Of a DNA stretch of 64,000 bases, positions 45,101 to 58,050 are shown one piece after another (positions within the stretch are counted from its first letter, which is position 1; every line of letters starts with the position of its first letter). Source of the stretch: Lama guanicoe. Its lineage: Eukaryota. Below the pieces are notes generated by a model. That model searched no databases. It saw only the letters and a list, made by a program, of their open reading frames with translations, and was not told the DNA's origin. The DNA lies in the NCBI GenBank assembly GCA_013239625.1, contig MU053472.1, forward strand, positions 2,887,822 through 2,951,821, given 5' to 3'. The translations under genes and the position numbers were made by a program.

Positions 45101-46084
45101 GTAGCCTTTCTTAACGTTTCTGCGGACATTTTGGCGGACTGTATATGGGTCTAGCTTAGTAATTTATCTGGTGTTGAAGAATTTGAGTAGCATAAATACG
45201 CTAAAGAATAGGAACAAAATTGTAGCAGGAGTATTTTTTTTAGACATATCAAGTAATTAAGGAGCCTCAAAGATTTAGATAATTAGGTTAAAGATGGTTT
45301 GTGAAACCTTAAGGTGTTTCCTCGGTGTGGCTAATGCATACTCTTGGGGAAAGGGATTAACTATTAGTGGTGTATTTCGGTGGGACCACCTCAGCATTAA
45401 ATTAGTATTTGGAAATGCAAGCTCTTCAAAGCTGAAGCATCGTGTCTTCTAACAGCATTAAGGTATCCACGGTATTGTCGATTGATAACCTTGCCACCAC
45501 TTTATTGCTAATGTATAATCTGTAATAATATTTCATAATAGCACAAATTACAATAAAGGACAAAAAAATTTCATTCTGTGCCTTTCATCTTATGAGGTGT
45601 GATTGATCTTCCAGAAAGATCTTCAGGAAAAATTCAAGTACCCAATAATTATTTTTAGTGCCCTTTTCAGTTAAACATAAAACTCTTAGGAATACAGTAA
45701 TTTTGTGTTAAGCAGTTTTGCTTAGAGAAGTTTGCTTAGCAAACATTAAAATTGCTTTTAATGTTTTTTCCTGAAGTATATCTCACATACTGAGGATAAG
45801 GGAAGAATCTTTGGCAGTTAAGAGAGCAGAGACTGTTGTGCAAAGGAAAGCCTTGCCACCATGTCCTCAGAGTGAAAGCGTATGCTTGGCAAAATTTCAT
45901 TATGTTTTGTTAAGCCACAAACTTGAAGGTGTTCTGTATTCTAGAGCATTTGAAACGACCTTTCTATTACCAGTTTAATAGTAACTGCTTTGAATCTTTT
46001 TTGGAAGTAGACAAATTCTAAGTTAAAAATCTAAAGGAGTTATTGTTTTCTTACAGTAAAAGCAGTAAAGTTACATTTCCAGTC

Positions 46085-47168
46085 TCAGAATCTGGGATAC
46101 AAGAACTGTATCATGGACAGACCAGCAAAATTTTCTTTTAATTTATTAATAACTGTCGTATTTTCATACAAACCTGTAATTTTAAATACACTTAGAATCC
46201 CCAAAGCAATGGATTTTAATTTGGGTATCTGGTGTGGAATATCTAACCAAAAGTGCTGAGATTCTGTTAGTGACTGCTGTGTCATCACACACAGAAATCT
46301 AATAAATGCGTTATTTTCAGAAATCATTTGGAAAGAATTTAGATTTATCATACAACTCATTTTGAACACTGTATCCATCAAATCAAAAAACCCAAAATTT
46401 TTCAAGAGAAAAAATGATCCAGATGAGAAACAACCCCAAACCCGTGCCTTTTAAAGATCATTTTGGCTGAGGTAATGAGAGCATTTTATGGTAGTATACT
46501 GTTCTTGCTAATAGTGTAGGCACAGGCAAAAAGGTTGTCAATTTTTGGTTTAGAAGCCCCCAAAGGCTGAGTCACTGTTAACAGCTACCTGAGCAGTAAC
46601 TGAATGGCTTTGTTTGCAGGCACTATCTTAACTAGAGGAGACGAAAGAAAAAAAAAAAAAGCATTTGTTTTCTGGTGTATTAGGTTATCAAAGTATGACA
46701 AAGTCTTTTAATAAGACAACTGGTATAAGTATATTATCATCCCAGCTTTTGGTTTTAGAAAATGTTTTAGTAAGGTATCCATGTTAATAAGTGGTCAAGT
46801 TCTTTGAATTTGAAGATATTTTTAGCAGATTATTCAATAGTAGGTCCTTGCTCTGAGTCACAGCAAGTGTCATTAGCAAAAACTGCATTGCTCGTCTGTT
46901 ATTTTGAGGAGTGCCAATTTCTCAGAAGCTGTACAAGAAACCTTTATTGTGTCCCTAATTTTATATTTTTTTGCCAGGAACTATTTTATATATATAAAAC
47001 CTCCAACAGGAATGACACATCAGAATAACTTTTCATTGTAGGATTCCTGTATAGTTTTTCATCTTCAAGCAACCCCAGATTTAAGGCCCCCCGCCTTTTA
47101 ACTTGACCTTTTGAAAACAGCATGAGTTGGCTGCACTGCAAAAGCCACAGCGTAAAAATATTTCTCAA
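46085..47168 (-). mobile_element. Highly degenerate hAT (Charlie/Buster-like) transposase remnant
   Basis: Two minus-strand ORF fragments in the right order: LFSKGQVKRR (like RWLSxGxVLxR) and FWLDIPHQIPKLKSIALGILSVF (like the hAT C-terminal dimerisation motif). Recognised by eye only. Confidence 0.5.
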
Positions 47169-49346
47169 ACATTAAGAGATTAATTGTAAAGCAGAACTTT
47201 AAAACCTAAACCATTGTGCCAAATATTTAAAATTCAGATTTTAATGAAACCAAGAGGGATATACTTAAGCATCACCTAAGTAAGCTAAGTGGTTTTGCCA
47301 TTTAAACAGCAGCTTTGAAACATCTCAGCCCCCTACAGCCACTGATACGAATCCCAGCAGGATAAGATGAAGAGCATATCAAAGGCCAGTAAGTGGCTCA
47401 GGTATCAGTCAACATACAGTACCCACTTTTTTGGCCTGGTACAAGGGCACTGATTATATAGGCAAAGCTCTCCCAAAAAGAACATTTACAAAGCAAGAAA
47501 AAAATTTTTCATGGCCTTATTTTGGTATGAAATGGACCTGAATTTATACTCAGTTAACACTCACTGCTCAGGCTTGTCCTAAACCTAATTTTATATAGAC
47601 AAGTTTATAATGTATCATGGATACGAGGAAGATCTATAGTGAATCTTTATTCTGTGTCAGGATCAAACATGTTCCAAGTGAATAGTACAGACCAGCCCTG
47701 TGGGAATATAATCTGGAATCTAGCATATAATACAGGCTCCTCCCATGTTTTCTGAAGGTTAAATCATATCCCATCAGAGGAATGAAGTAGCTCATAACAT
47801 TACCTTAAAAAGTCATCTCGAGGAAGTTGGTTCAAATATAGTGATACACAGAGCATTGGGGACAGAAAAACCCAGGAGAGTTAGAGCACTACTGATCAAC
47901 AGTCACATGCTACGTCACAACATTCCTTTCACATCCAAACACAAAAGTTAAAGAAGCTTGAGAGGATCTACAGAATGAAGCGGCCATGAAGGCCAAGGTG
48001 TGGGAATGATTGTTATGAGCTTTTCTTACCCCTTTCTAAATACGTAGAACTGTCTCATTTCACCTCCTGGAGTTACTGTCTCTAAAGAAAGGCATGACCC
48101 ACAAAGATGTTCTTCAAACAGTCTTAAAATTCTGTCACACTCCGGGGATAGTTCTACCAGTAGCAATGCACCTGTGCAGCCTTGTTATGGTAGTAAACTC
48201 CTCAGAACAGAGTATTGAGGACTGAGATTTGATAAAGTTTTAGTTAATTCAGTAATGACAAAGTCAAGAAAGTATAATTTACTTGGTCAACAAATACTTC
48301 AGAATAAACAATGAAAAGTTAATGTTAAAATCTTTTGACAAGGCTTTTAAAAATATATTTTTATATGGGGAAAGCAATTCTGAATCTTAAAGGCCTCAGG
48401 TTCATCACTATGGAGCCTGATATGAATATGTACCAAATTTAGGACACACTAGAAATTTACTGCTTTTTAAATGTCTTACCTCAATGTGTCATGACTGATA
48501 AAAAAAGAAAAAAAAAAACAAACCCAAAACCTATTTATTTCCTTTTCCTTGTTGCTTATATTACAAATAACTGTGAGTTAATGTTGTACAGTATACAACC
48601 ATATAATTACTATTCATTCCGTAACACTCCAGTAATGAAAAATATGTAGCATTCATATAAGCCTACCTCAAATTAACTGATTTTAATTTTATTTTTCTTT
48701 TCTAAGCCAACCCTGTTAGCACCAAGAGGCATGAAAAAGCCTCTTGAGTTTAGGCCACTCTATATGTAAAGCCGACCAAATATAAATCTTTCCACAGGGT
48801 GAAAATAACCTGACTGTCCTTTACTGTCTCCGTATTTTGGGACCATCGTGCTAAGCCATCAGATTAGATGTGGAGATGAGATTGTGCTCATTACTGCAGA
48901 GGCCTTAAAAATTCCATTTCTTGAAAAGGAACCGGAAGTAGTGGCAACTAGCACACCATGGCAGTCTGAAAGTGCTGCACGCTATGAAAGAAAACCTCCA
49001 GTCCAGGCTGACTCAAATTTTTCTAGCTGCAAGAATGATTGGCACTTACATTATCCTGCATATGACCTATTTAGTGTTAACCCAAGTTATAGAACTGGAA
49101 ACCTCAAAATCCTTCAAAAAAGCCCTTCTCAAGGTGACGCTGTTCATCTTTCAATTGTTTACCTGATTCCTCTCCTGATCCACACAGTGTCTCCATTTTT
49201 ATTCTAATCCAAGTCTTACTCTTCCTTAAAAACTCACATTAAAACCCTTTCACCCTACTTCTTAAGCTAGTACAGCATTTATTGACTATAGCTACCTATT
49301 TAATTCGAAGCCTAGGCTAATTTATGTCGTTAATAATCACATCTGT

Positions 49347-49439
49347 GGGGGTGGGGTGTATAGGTCAGTGGTAGAGTGTGTGGTTGGAGTGCACAAAGTC
49401 CTGGGTTCAATCCCCAGTGCGCCCATTAAAGGGGAAAAA
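49347..49439 (+). mobile_element. Short tRNA-Ala-like SINE with TSD
   Basis: Degenerate tRNA body plus A tail; TSD aataatcaca(t/c)ctg at 49332-49345 and 49440-49453. Confidence 0.85.
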
Positions 49440-49939
49440 AATAATCACACCTGGAGTTAGCACAACAATCATTTATAAATACCTGTCATATACAGAAAGC
49501 ACCAACCTGGGTGCTAGGCTGTTTGTGGGGTTATCCCATTTTATTTCCTATGATTTAACTGAGCACCAAGTAATAGTAGGTTAAGAAACATTATGTAAGA
49601 TTTTACCTGGACAAGTAATATGATTCTGTCCCTTGAAAAATCTCAACAGCTTCATAAGAGTTTTGTATTACTCACATTTTCAGGTTAAAGGAACAGCTAA
49701 GAAGTAATACAGATTGCTTCGAAAATCTTTGGGAGAATAAAGATTACAAATTAAATTTTTTGATTTCTGACATGTTCAATCCTGTCACTTCTACTATAAA
49801 GAAAAAGTAAAAACCAAAAATATCTCAGTACTTCATGAAATTAAGGTCTTTTCTTTCAAATGAAGTAATGTGAATTAGAATGGGTATGTGAAAAGTAGCT
49901 TTTCTGGAATAAAGTACAAATGGTAAAGAATATTTCCTG

Positions 49940-50115
49940 ACATGGGAAAATTGTAAGAAACTCAAATTTCAATGTCCATAAAGTTGTATTGGAAAACAGC
50001 CAATCCATTTGTTTATGTATCATCTATGGCTGCTTTTATACTACAACAAACAACAGCATAGTAGTTGCAATAGAGACTGGCCTGAAAGCCTAAAATATTT
50101 ACCATCTGGCCTTAT
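49940..50115. mobile_element. MER58-like hAT MITE
   Basis: aaagttgtattggaaaacagc...ctatggctgctttt...aaagcctaaaatatttaccatctggcc. Confidence 0.72.
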
Positions 50116-51343
50116 CAAATTCAAATCAGTTAATTTCATTTCTTATAGACAATTTGGACTAAGAAAAAAGAGCTGAATAAATAAACATAATAATGACACC
50201 TTTTGGGTCTATAATAACAAGAATATTTTTGAGGGGCCACAAGGCTCCAATAAGATAGTACTTTACTACATTGCTGTTAGGAATACAAACTGGTTCATCT
50301 GTCTTGCAGAGCAGTTTGTAAGTAGGCAACAGGAGTCTCAAAGATCACTTTCACTGCTGTAAAGAATTCAACCATAAGAACATATCACAATTTATTCAAA
50401 CATTTCCCTATTGATAGTTATTTACGTATTTTTCCAGTTTTTTGCTTGTAGAAGCAAGTAATAACAGTTTTATGAGTGCTGTATTTAACATAAATCATCA
50501 ACTGATGCTAAATCTATGGGAGTCACGCTTTATGAGGAACAGAACATATTGCATAGTCTCAAGGAGTTCCTAGGACATAAACTTTAAAGTTGGGCTTGCT
50601 AGGTAACAGGTTGTTCACGTCTTCAATTTTATTAGATATTGTCAAAATGTTCTCTAAAATATGAGCAACTTATCCTATACCAACACTTCTCAGGCATATT
50701 AACTTTGCCAATTTGATGGAAAAGAATGGCATCTCACTTATTTTCAACTGCATTTCCCAAATTACTAGTAAGATTCAGTATCTTATTTATTGACCATTTG
50801 TTTCCTTTTATGAAATGACTGACGGTGTCCTTTGTCCATTTTTCTGTAATGTTCATCTTCATTACTTTTTGTTTTATTTAGTAATTTGAAGGTGAATCTT
50901 CATTTCTTTTAAGAACAAACATCTCCATAACCACTGCCTTTCCTCCAAGACTCCTTCCACATCCTTAACGAGATGCAGTATTCCTTTCATACTTCATCTC
51001 ACAGCCCACTCAATGGAAATCGATTCTTACCAACACCAATGTCACACTTACCTTAAAGATGTAATGATGTAATTCCCCTCCAATAAATTCATATAAAGTA
51101 AAAAGTCCAAGTCCATAGTTTGGCTTTCAAGGCCTTCCATAATCTATCATCAACCTACATTTTCAACCTATTACTCGCGTATATATACTTTATGCACCAA
51201 ATAAACTAGATCGTTTGCCACTCCTCTCAAATACACCCTGTGCTTTCCAGTTCTGTCTTGACTTATGCTGTTCCTAATACCCAAGTGTTAATTGGAAATT
51301 CTTCTTCAAGGGAAGCTCACAGTATAATGCCAACAAATCTATA

Positions 51344-51562
51344 CAGGTGACCCTTGAACAATGAGGTGGTTGAGAGTCCACCCCCACCCTAGCAGTCCAG
51401 AACCCTCGTATATCTTTACAGTTAGCCCTCCATATCAATGGTTCTGTATCCTTGGATTCAATCAACCGAGAATCATGTAGTACTATACTACGTATCTACT
51501 GGAAAAAATCTGGTATAAGTGGACCTGTGCAGTTCAAACCCATGTTGTTCAAGGGTCAACTG
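51344..51562. mobile_element. Full-length MER8-like Tigger MITE
   Basis: Terminal inverted repeats caggtgacccttgaacaa / ttgttcaagggtcaactg flanked by TA dinucleotides. Confidence 0.85.
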
Positions 51563-51979
51563 TATAGGAAAGAATTAGGGAAAAAAAATCACCATTTTGC
51601 AACCATGAGAATAAAACTGATTCAGGTAAGAATCATCAGTTGATGATAAATCCAGAGGGTAATAATTTATGAGGAACAGGCTAGTTCACATAATCGCAAA
51701 GTATCCTTCCCCCAAATTACTTATTAATTATGAGTAACTAGATTGAAAAAAATCAAATATCCCAACTAAGTAATCAAAATTAATAATAGCAGTAAGGGGC
51801 AAATACGATGTACCTCCAGATTTGATGCCTTGGGACAGATACTGTATCATTTATGCAAAATTCCAGTCAAAAATGCAGAGCCATAAGGAAACATTAGAGA
51901 AATACAAATTGAGGGCATTCTATAAAATGACCAACCTATATTATTTAAAAATGTCAAAAATGTTAAATGTGAAAGACAA

Positions 51980-52648
51980 CAAATAAGTGCTGGCAAGAAT
52001 GTAGAGAAAAGGGAACCGTCATACACTGTTGGTGGGAATGTAAATTGGCACAGCCACTATGGAAAACAGTATAGAAGTTCCTCAAAATATTACAAATAGA
52101 ACTACTACACAATCCAGCAATTCCACTTCTGGGTATTTTTCCAAAGAAAATAAAGACACTAATTCAAAGATATATGCACTCCTATGTTCATTGCAGCATT
52201 ATTTACAATAGTCAAGATATGGAAGCAACCTAAGTGTCCATTGATGGATGAATGAATAAAGAAGATGTGGTTTATATATTTACAATGGAATATTGCTCAG
52301 CTAGAAAAAAGAATGATTCCACCACTCACACATGGCATCTAAAAAACAAATGAACGAACATAACAAAACAGTCATAGATACAGAGAACAAGTAAGTGGTT
52401 GCCAGAGGGGAAGCAGGATCAGTGAAATAGGTGAGGGAGATCAAGAGGTACTAACTTAAGTTACAAAATAAATGAGTCATGGGTATGAAATATGGGAAGT
52501 ATAGTCAATAATACTGTAATATCTGTATATGGTGACAGATGGTAACTAGATTTATTGTGATGATCATTGTGTAGAAATATCAAATCACTATGCTGTGCAC
52601 TTGGAAATAACACAGTGTTATAGGTCAACTATACTTCAATTTTAAAAA
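51980..52648 (+). mobile_element. L1 3' end (L1MA-like) inserted into an older L1
   Basis: tacactgttggtgggaatgtaaattgg...tggaagcaacctaagtgtcca...caactatacttcaat. Confidence 0.82.
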
Positions 52649-52769
52649 ATGTGAAATATGAAAGACAAGACAGAGGACCTTTTCCAGGTTAAAGGAGATT
52701 AAATACAATACATGATTCTTGACTGGATCGTCAACTGGAGGAAAATGCTATAAAGAACATTATTGGGAC

Positions 52770-53000
52770 CTGGGAGTTCAAAATTTGTAGATACTGACAG
52801 GCATATGTAGAATAGATAAACAAGATTATACTGTATAGCACAGGGAAATATACACAAGATCTTGTGGTAGCTCACAGCAAAATAGAATGTGACAATGAAT
52901 ATATGCATGTTCATGTATAATTGAAAAATTGTGCTCTACACTGGAATTTGACACAACATTGTAAAATGACTATAACTCAATCAAAAAATGTTTTAAAAAA
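52770..53000 (+). mobile_element. Young 5'-truncated L1 with an 18-bp TSD
   Basis: tatactgtatagcacagggaaatatac 3'UTR and A tail; TSD aaagaacattat(t/a)gggac at 52752-52769 and 53001-53018. Confidence 0.85.
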
Positions 53001-53429
53001 AAAGAACATTATAGGGACAGCTGATGAAATTATAAATACAGACCATAGATTTAGAATGTGTGCTCAATAAATATTTACTGAAATAAAAGAGCTTTCATTC
53101 TAAGAATCCACATATACCCCCATCATATCTAAGGAAATTACTGACACATAAACCTGAAAAGAGAAGCTGATAGGACTCATGTGCTGAAACAGTGTCTACA
53201 ACACTGAAGATTTAAATGAACAAATTAACAATTCTGGGAATGTTCAGAGAAACCACCACCATTCACCTTACTTCAAGAACAAACACATGGATTTGAATCC
53301 TTATGTGATTTTTCAATAAAGTCTTCAAGTTTCTAATAATGAACAGAAAACTGTTTAGATGCCAAAGGAGATAACTGCAGAAGAGTGAGTTACCTATACA
53401 AATTTTAGAGTCTTAAATTTTACAAGAAA

Positions 53430-53488
53430 ACATCTAAAAACACACATTATACTGCCTTTTGAATTTTAATGACACTAATAGCTTTATT
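53430..53488 (-). terminator. Probable DHX40 polyadenylation signal and cleavage region
   Basis: AATAAA at 53488-53483, a second ATTAAA about 15 nt downstream, then GU-rich TGTGTTTTTAGATGTTTTCTTG. About 1.1 kb after the stop codon. Confidence 0.7.
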
Positions 53489-53650
53489 TAACAAACACTG
53501 AGTGACTACTATGGGCAAAGCACTGTGCTAGGTGCCATGAAAGATACAAAGATGAAAAAGACAGAGTCCCTGCCCACAAGGAGCGTATAATCTAGTGGGG
53601 GAGACAGACAAATACACAAATAACTAGAATACAAGGCAGTAAACAACAAG
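53480..53650 (-). mobile_element. L2 3' end within the DHX40 3'UTR, in sense orientation
   Basis: Plus strand tactatgggcaaagcactgtgctaggtg...gtccctgcccacaaggagcgtataatctagtggggg closely follows the reverse-complemented L2 tail. Confidence 0.8.
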
Positions 53651-54604
53651 AGTGGGCAAGTGCTGAGTGTGGCCTGAGTGTGATACTAACTAGCCTCAAG
53701 GTTCCAATTTGAAACACTGGTGATGTAGTGTTCGCTGCTTTGAAAATCCCATCTCAAGATCAGCATAATAGATGTTTAAATGGTCCTACCCTAGCAGCTG
53801 GAGGCAAGAGAGTAGGCCAGTGGAGGGGCTGTTTTAAACACTGTCATACCTACATACATGGTGCTGATACAAGTATGTAGGGACAGCTGAAAAAAGAACA
53901 TATATATATATATCATCTGTCCTTTGGTTAATGGCTATAGCTACTGTTTTAAACAATATACTTTTATATAAAAAGGAATTTGTATAATCCCAGAAAAATC
54001 AACTTAAAGATTAGTATTAGTTCAACAAAGAATCTTGCCATAGGCAATTTTCTTATTTACTAACTGATTCTTTTCTCTAAATATCTATAAAGCTCTGTAG
54101 CAATTATATGGTTAGACATCTAAGTATTGCTGAGTAAAAACCTCTTATGTTCAGCCTTCTGAAGGAAATGGTCACATACCTGATAACCTGATATAATACT
54201 ATTCTAATAGCAACAAGAAGGCCTTAAAGAGATTTAGGGAAAATAATTTTTAATGCTTCAATGCAAATGGAATACACGCTGATTAAATACAATTCAATGT
54301 TCTTTGAAAATATCTCAATGACAGCATTTGATACCAGTTAAGGCCAGCAAAATTGAAGTGAGGAAAACATCACATGTATTGTCTTTCACTGGTTTCATGT
54401 GTCATCGCCTATGACTATGGCCACCCAATCTTTCCTTTGAAAATTCCATTTATTGGTACTGATGAACTTTGATTTGCTTTTAACTCGTATGCTAATAACA
54501 GCTGCCGACCACTTCCTCTTGGTAGTGCTGTCTGACATAAATGGCAAAGTAGAAGCACATTTTCTGGCTGCTTTTCCTACTTCCTGAATTGGAGGGTTCA
54601 CTGC

Positions 54605-54744
54605 TTAGCCCGTTTCCTTCAGTGTGTCACTGTGATCCTGGGACCTCTGCTGCTTTCTCTCAAGGAAACGGGCACGCGCATCTGATATGGATTTATCATC
54701 ATTTCTTCTTTGCATTTTCTTTAGGACTTCTTTTGATACTCCAT
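54605..54744 (-). CDS. DHX40: DHX40 last exon, coding part (140 nt, DGVSKEVL...KETG*)
   Basis: Acceptor tttcag|ATG; TAA stop at 54605-54607. Confidence 0.93.
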
Positions 54745-55551
54745 CTGAAAACATTACAAATTAATCCAGTAAAACTTTGAGTTTCAGTATTAGAAATATT
54801 AAGAGAAAGAGATGCCCTGATTTTTCAATGTTAAGTGGGAAAAAAAGGAAATTAAATTTTGCCCTTTCAAAAGAAAAGATATAGTCTATGGTTAAAAAAT
54901 AAGAGCACAGTGGCCTTGAGGAGTCAGAAAAACTGACCCTAATTCAAGCATGCAGTGTAGTTACACACTGTAACAGAACACCTGGTAGATAACATTTCCA
55001 AAGACTCTTCTATAATCTTGGGCAAAACTCCCCACCATTCTATTTCTCAGTGCTGTTACATAAGGATAATATAATTTGCTCCATCAATTATATGTGAGCT
55101 GAGAATTAAGCTGTCCTAGTTCAGTACCACAACTGTTTCTACCTCCCAACTAAGAACCTAACATATCAAGGAAGAATCCCCTTGGGGGCTGGGGGTGGAG
55201 GGTGGAAGATGTTCTGAGGTTTTATAAACAACAACAAAAAAAAGTAAAGAAAGCACTACTGGGAAGTAATATTGTGTAATGATTAAGAGTAGAGGCCACA
55301 GAGTCAAATTCCTTGAATTCCAAATCCAGATTCACCAAATATTAGCTATGGAGTGTTCAGCAAATTATTGCACACTGCTAAGTGTTTCTAAGGAAAACAT
55401 GATAAACTGAAAGGGAAGAAGGGAGTCTGAGACTCATGGCAACTCTTTACTTTTCTGAGGAGACAGAACCAGAATCTAAGCTCTGTAATAATATTTCTGT
55501 AGTTTTATGAGAATTAGGACATTTATGCTCCAGAACAAGCAATCCGCTCAC

Positions 55552-55780
55552 CCTTTAGATGTTTCACATTTTCCTTATTTGTCCACCTCCTTCTTGCATC
55601 TTCTCTCACTTCACGTCGGGCCACACTGCTCAGATCATGTGCATTAAATTCATGCAACTTGGGTAACAAGTCCCTTACCCATTCATAACGAATTGGACAC
55701 ACAATTCTTGCGTAGACTTTGGTGGTAACTAATACCTCATGAAAAATGATCCATTCAAGTTTGGTTTCCTGTTCATGAAG
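55552..55780 (-). CDS. DHX40: DHX40 exon about 17 (229 nt, LHEQETKL...VKHLK)
   Basis: Acceptor gtgtag|CTT; donor AGG|GTGAGC. Confidence 0.93.
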
Positions 55781-56051
55781 CTACACAAAAGAATTCATTT
55801 AAGGATGATAACACAATAACCTGCCTTATTCCATATTAGGCCAACCAAATACTAACAGCACAAACTCTTCTGAATTAATTTCTATATTCTTTAATCAAAC
55901 AGGAGGCATGGGCCAACCAATGCCTTTACAGCTATATGTAACATAGATATATGTAAACTTATCCTCAAAGCAAAAAGTAGAAGACATCTGTGTATTACTT
56001 ATTCCTACATCTTTACACATTTCTTCCTTTTACTAAAAATAAGGTACTTAC

Positions 56052-56121
56052 TGCTGAGGAAGGATGAATGTGAACTGGGCTTCCACGCCCATCCATTGTG
56101 CAAAACGTTCTCCCGACAGAT
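56052..56121 (-). CDS. DHX40: DHX40 exon about 16 (70 nt, SVGRTFCT...HIHPSSA)
   Basis: Acceptor tcttag|ATC; donor GCA|GTAAGT; contains the HPSS OB-fold motif. Confidence 0.93.
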
Positions 56122-56839
56122 CTAAGAACCGAAAAACCAAAGGATAAATACAAGAAGAGTAAAGCAATGAAATAAGTAGAGCGCTAACAATGAACAATTA
56201 CAATGTGTTCTACTACAGAGAGCACTATGAGCAGAGATTTATATTCATTCAACTGCCACTATAACCTCTCTACCAATTCATTTTAAAACTAATGATACAA
56301 CTTAGTCATTTCAGTTCAGTATAAATATTTCTGGTTAATTAACAATAATATTGTATTTATGCATTAGAATTTCCAAAATGCTTTTATAATAAAGCCTCAA
56401 AAGAACTATGAGCCAGGTACATTATTAAAGGGTCAAAACTGAGATTCAAATAAATTAATTAACTTTCTCAAGGCCACAGAGCTAATGTATGGTGAAAGTA
56501 AGTCCCAAATATAGGTTTTCTGACTTAAATACAGTATTATTTACATTATATCATGACTTATCTCTTTTTAAAGGTATAAACAATTTTCACTATTCTAAAT
56601 TTCACTATTAGAACATTTTGTCTATAATTTTTCTAATTCATGTTCTTAACTTCATATTATCTTCTTCTATCCTTCCCTACATAAATATTATTCCAAAAAC
56701 TTGTCAAAGTAACAGCCCTAGCTCAATTGTCACAATTGATTTCCTATAGAACTTTATATATATTCAATTCCTATTATAACCCAGATCAGACTGTTATAAT
56801 TATTTGTATATGTATCTGTACAGTTTAGTACATATTTGT

Positions 56840-58050
56840 ACAACACAATAAACTTTTTTCCTTGAACCATTTGAAAGTAAGTCACTACCCTTATGCCCCA
56901 TCATCCCCAAATACCCAATTGTTCATTTCCTATAATCAAAGACATTATCCTACAAAACCATAATACAACCATCAAAACCAGGGAATTAACACTGATACAT
57001 TACCAACATCTAATCCTCAGACCCCACTGAAGTTTTATCACATGTCCTAATAATAATCCTTTATAGCAAAAGGATCCAGTTCAGAATCATGTATTGCCTT
57101 TACTTTTCATGGCCCATTAGTCTCTTTCATTCTGGAATAAATACTCCCCCACTCTTTCTTCAACCTTCATGATCTTGACACCTTTAAAGATTATAGGCTA
57201 GTTATTTTGTAGTATGTCCTTCAATTTGATTTTGTCTGTTTTAGGATTAGATTCAGGTTACAGGTCTTTGGCAGGAACATCACAGAAGTGATGCTGTGTT
57301 TCCATTATATCCTATCAGGAGGAATATGCTTTCGATTTGTTTCATTACTGTTGATGTTCACTTTGATCGCTTGATTTAGGGAACATTGGTCAGGTTTCTT
57401 CACTGAGAAGTTACTTTTCCCTTTTGTAATTAACAAGAATTTTGTGGAAAAGGTGCTCGCTATGTTGTCATTCCAGTTGTCATTAAACGTTTAATTTATT
57501 GATTTATCATTTTATGATTATAGACCCATGATTCTCATTTTATTTAGTGGGTTATATAATCAATTACTATCATTATTTATTTCAATGCTCAAAATTTCTC
57601 ATCTTTGATCAGCTGAGGCCTATTCAAGCTGGCTTCTGTGTACTTCTGACATGGTCTCAACCTTCAATAATCACTTCTTTGCTTGCTGGCAAAATAAGAT
57701 GTTTCAGGCCCATTATGTACTTTCTAAGCCCTATTTCTCCAAAGAGCCCTGGGTCCTTTATGTGGCAGATGGTTGTTCCAAGTCAAGATCTGGGCACAAG
57801 TGTATTTATTGCTATTATAGCATCATTGCTCCCAGTCCAGCACACAGGGTACATAAGTATGTAAATATTTACACACATACAAATATATGTATTTTATATA
57901 TACCCACACAGTAACATCTATTTTTATTACCATATCTATCTATCCACCCATCTAACAATATTAAAACCACCATAAAACCTGAAATCCCAATCAGCACCAC
58001 AGGGCTCATTCTTGTTTTCTCCCTTTCAGTATTTCTAACTCCCTTCACCA
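56840..58050 (-). mobile_element. Old L1 (L1MC/MD-like) 3' region
   Basis: ttgaaccatttgaaagtaagt and tttggcaggaacatcacagaagtgatg motifs. Confidence 0.6.

Noticed and set aside
48848..49207. 119-aa intergenic ORF
   Set aside because: Non-ATG start, no recognisable homology or splice context; length is compatible with chance.
49347..49425. tRNA-Ala gene
   Set aside because: The stems and anticodon arm are degenerate, and the A tail and flanking TSD mark it as a SINE.
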